Shown piece after piece: positions 63,288-64,000 of a stretch of 64,000 bases of DNA. A program made the position numbers and the translations under genes. This DNA comes from Azolla caroliniana (taxonomy: Eukaryota; Plantae; Polypodiophyta): assembly GCA_043228905.1 (NCBI GenBank), contig JBHGNT010000015.1, forward strand, positions 7,812,001 through 7,876,000. Reading direction: 5' to 3'. The notes under the pieces are model-generated. The model was not told the origin of the DNA and ran no database searches. It saw nothing but the letters and a program-made list of their open reading frames with translations. Positions within the stretch are counted from its first letter, which is position 1; every line of letters starts with the position of its first letter.

Positions 63288-63679
63288 TAAAGATTATTTC
63301 TGGAAAAGAAATAGGATAAGGTCAGAGAGATAGTCATAACATCATGTCGTGATGTAAATATATCATGCGCAAACATTCATCGATATCATGATCTCACGTC
63401 AATACCCCTCTAGACGTATGAGATGAGGTTCAAGATCAGGTTACTATGGTAACACAAAGGTGTTTTAAAAACCATGGGGGTGACAATTTAATGTCTTTCC
63501 CTAATCTCTATATCGATTTTTTCATGGCGGCTCCCCGAGGCTCAACCATGTATGTTCACGTCATGAGTAGTTTATACACGAAAAAAATGTTAACAATAAA
63601 CTATGTTTCTTTGCCCACATATGTGGTTTCTGCTCTTTAAGTCCTATTACGAGGACCCTGAGGTGCACTTAGACCTTAA

Positions 63680-64000
63680 TGTTGAGAGACAAGCTCAATA
63701 TCGGCCGGATCTGCTGAAGAAGCCGAGGACCGGATCGGTTGGGACCGATCGGTTAGGCCAAGTGCGTAAACCGGGAGGTCGTTAGGAAAGATATTCCGTG
63801 AGGAATATATTTGGGAGTTAGTGTAGGAGCTCTCAATGAGCATTGAAGTACTGTCAGTACTTCGGTTAGTCCTTCTAGGACTTGTATAAAAGTGTTCTCT
63901 GAGCACGTCTTCTGTACAGACTGAGTATTATTGTTGAATATAGTTTCTGTGTCTTCTCTCTCACTCTCTCTGTCTCTCCCGCGTATACCGTGTAAGCTCA
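63680..64000 (+). repeat. Copia-A LTR (5' or solo), runs off the window
   Basis: TGTTGAGAGACAAGCTCAA, matches 38517; no PPT upstream. Confidence 0.92.

Larger units (their letters stand above)
58502..63679 (-). mobile_element. Chromovirus-type Ty3/Gypsy element, internally deleted; 5' LTR not in window
   Basis: 3' LTR ~58502-58959 (left end uncertain), PPT 58962-58971, chromodomain, [10 protein letters not shown] / [10 protein letters not shown] / IFLDD, gag 62898-63287. Confidence 0.88.

Overview
This 64-kb window is eukaryotic (plant-type) heterochromatin made almost entirely of nested, decayed LTR retrotransposons. I see no host gene, RNA gene or CRISPR array, and only about 65 bp (4201-4265) is unassigned. 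Matching target-site duplications (TSDs) show that nearly everything from 6766 onward sits inside one old Gypsy element (Gypsy-X: tRNA-Ala PBS, animal-type RT/RH/IN motifs). The inserts are four further Copia-A copies (plus one upstream at 1-4200), five Tnt1/Tork-like Copia copies, two non-chromovirus Gypsy copies with a 3' extra ORF, one chromovirus and a probable solo LTR, up to five levels deep. All coding regions are pseudogenized. The most unusual signals are: (i) a Gypsy whose polypurine tract is replaced by a sense copy of its primer tRNA 3' end, a possible tRNA-primed plus strand; (ii) a conserved ~910-aa extra ORF in that family; (iii) a conserved charged C-terminal extension between two PPT motifs, plus a PPT-enclosing hairpin, in Copia-A; and (iv) pervasive CCGG enrichment. 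Family names (A, T, P, X) are my working labels. Lineage and tRNA assignments come from remembered motifs, not database searches.
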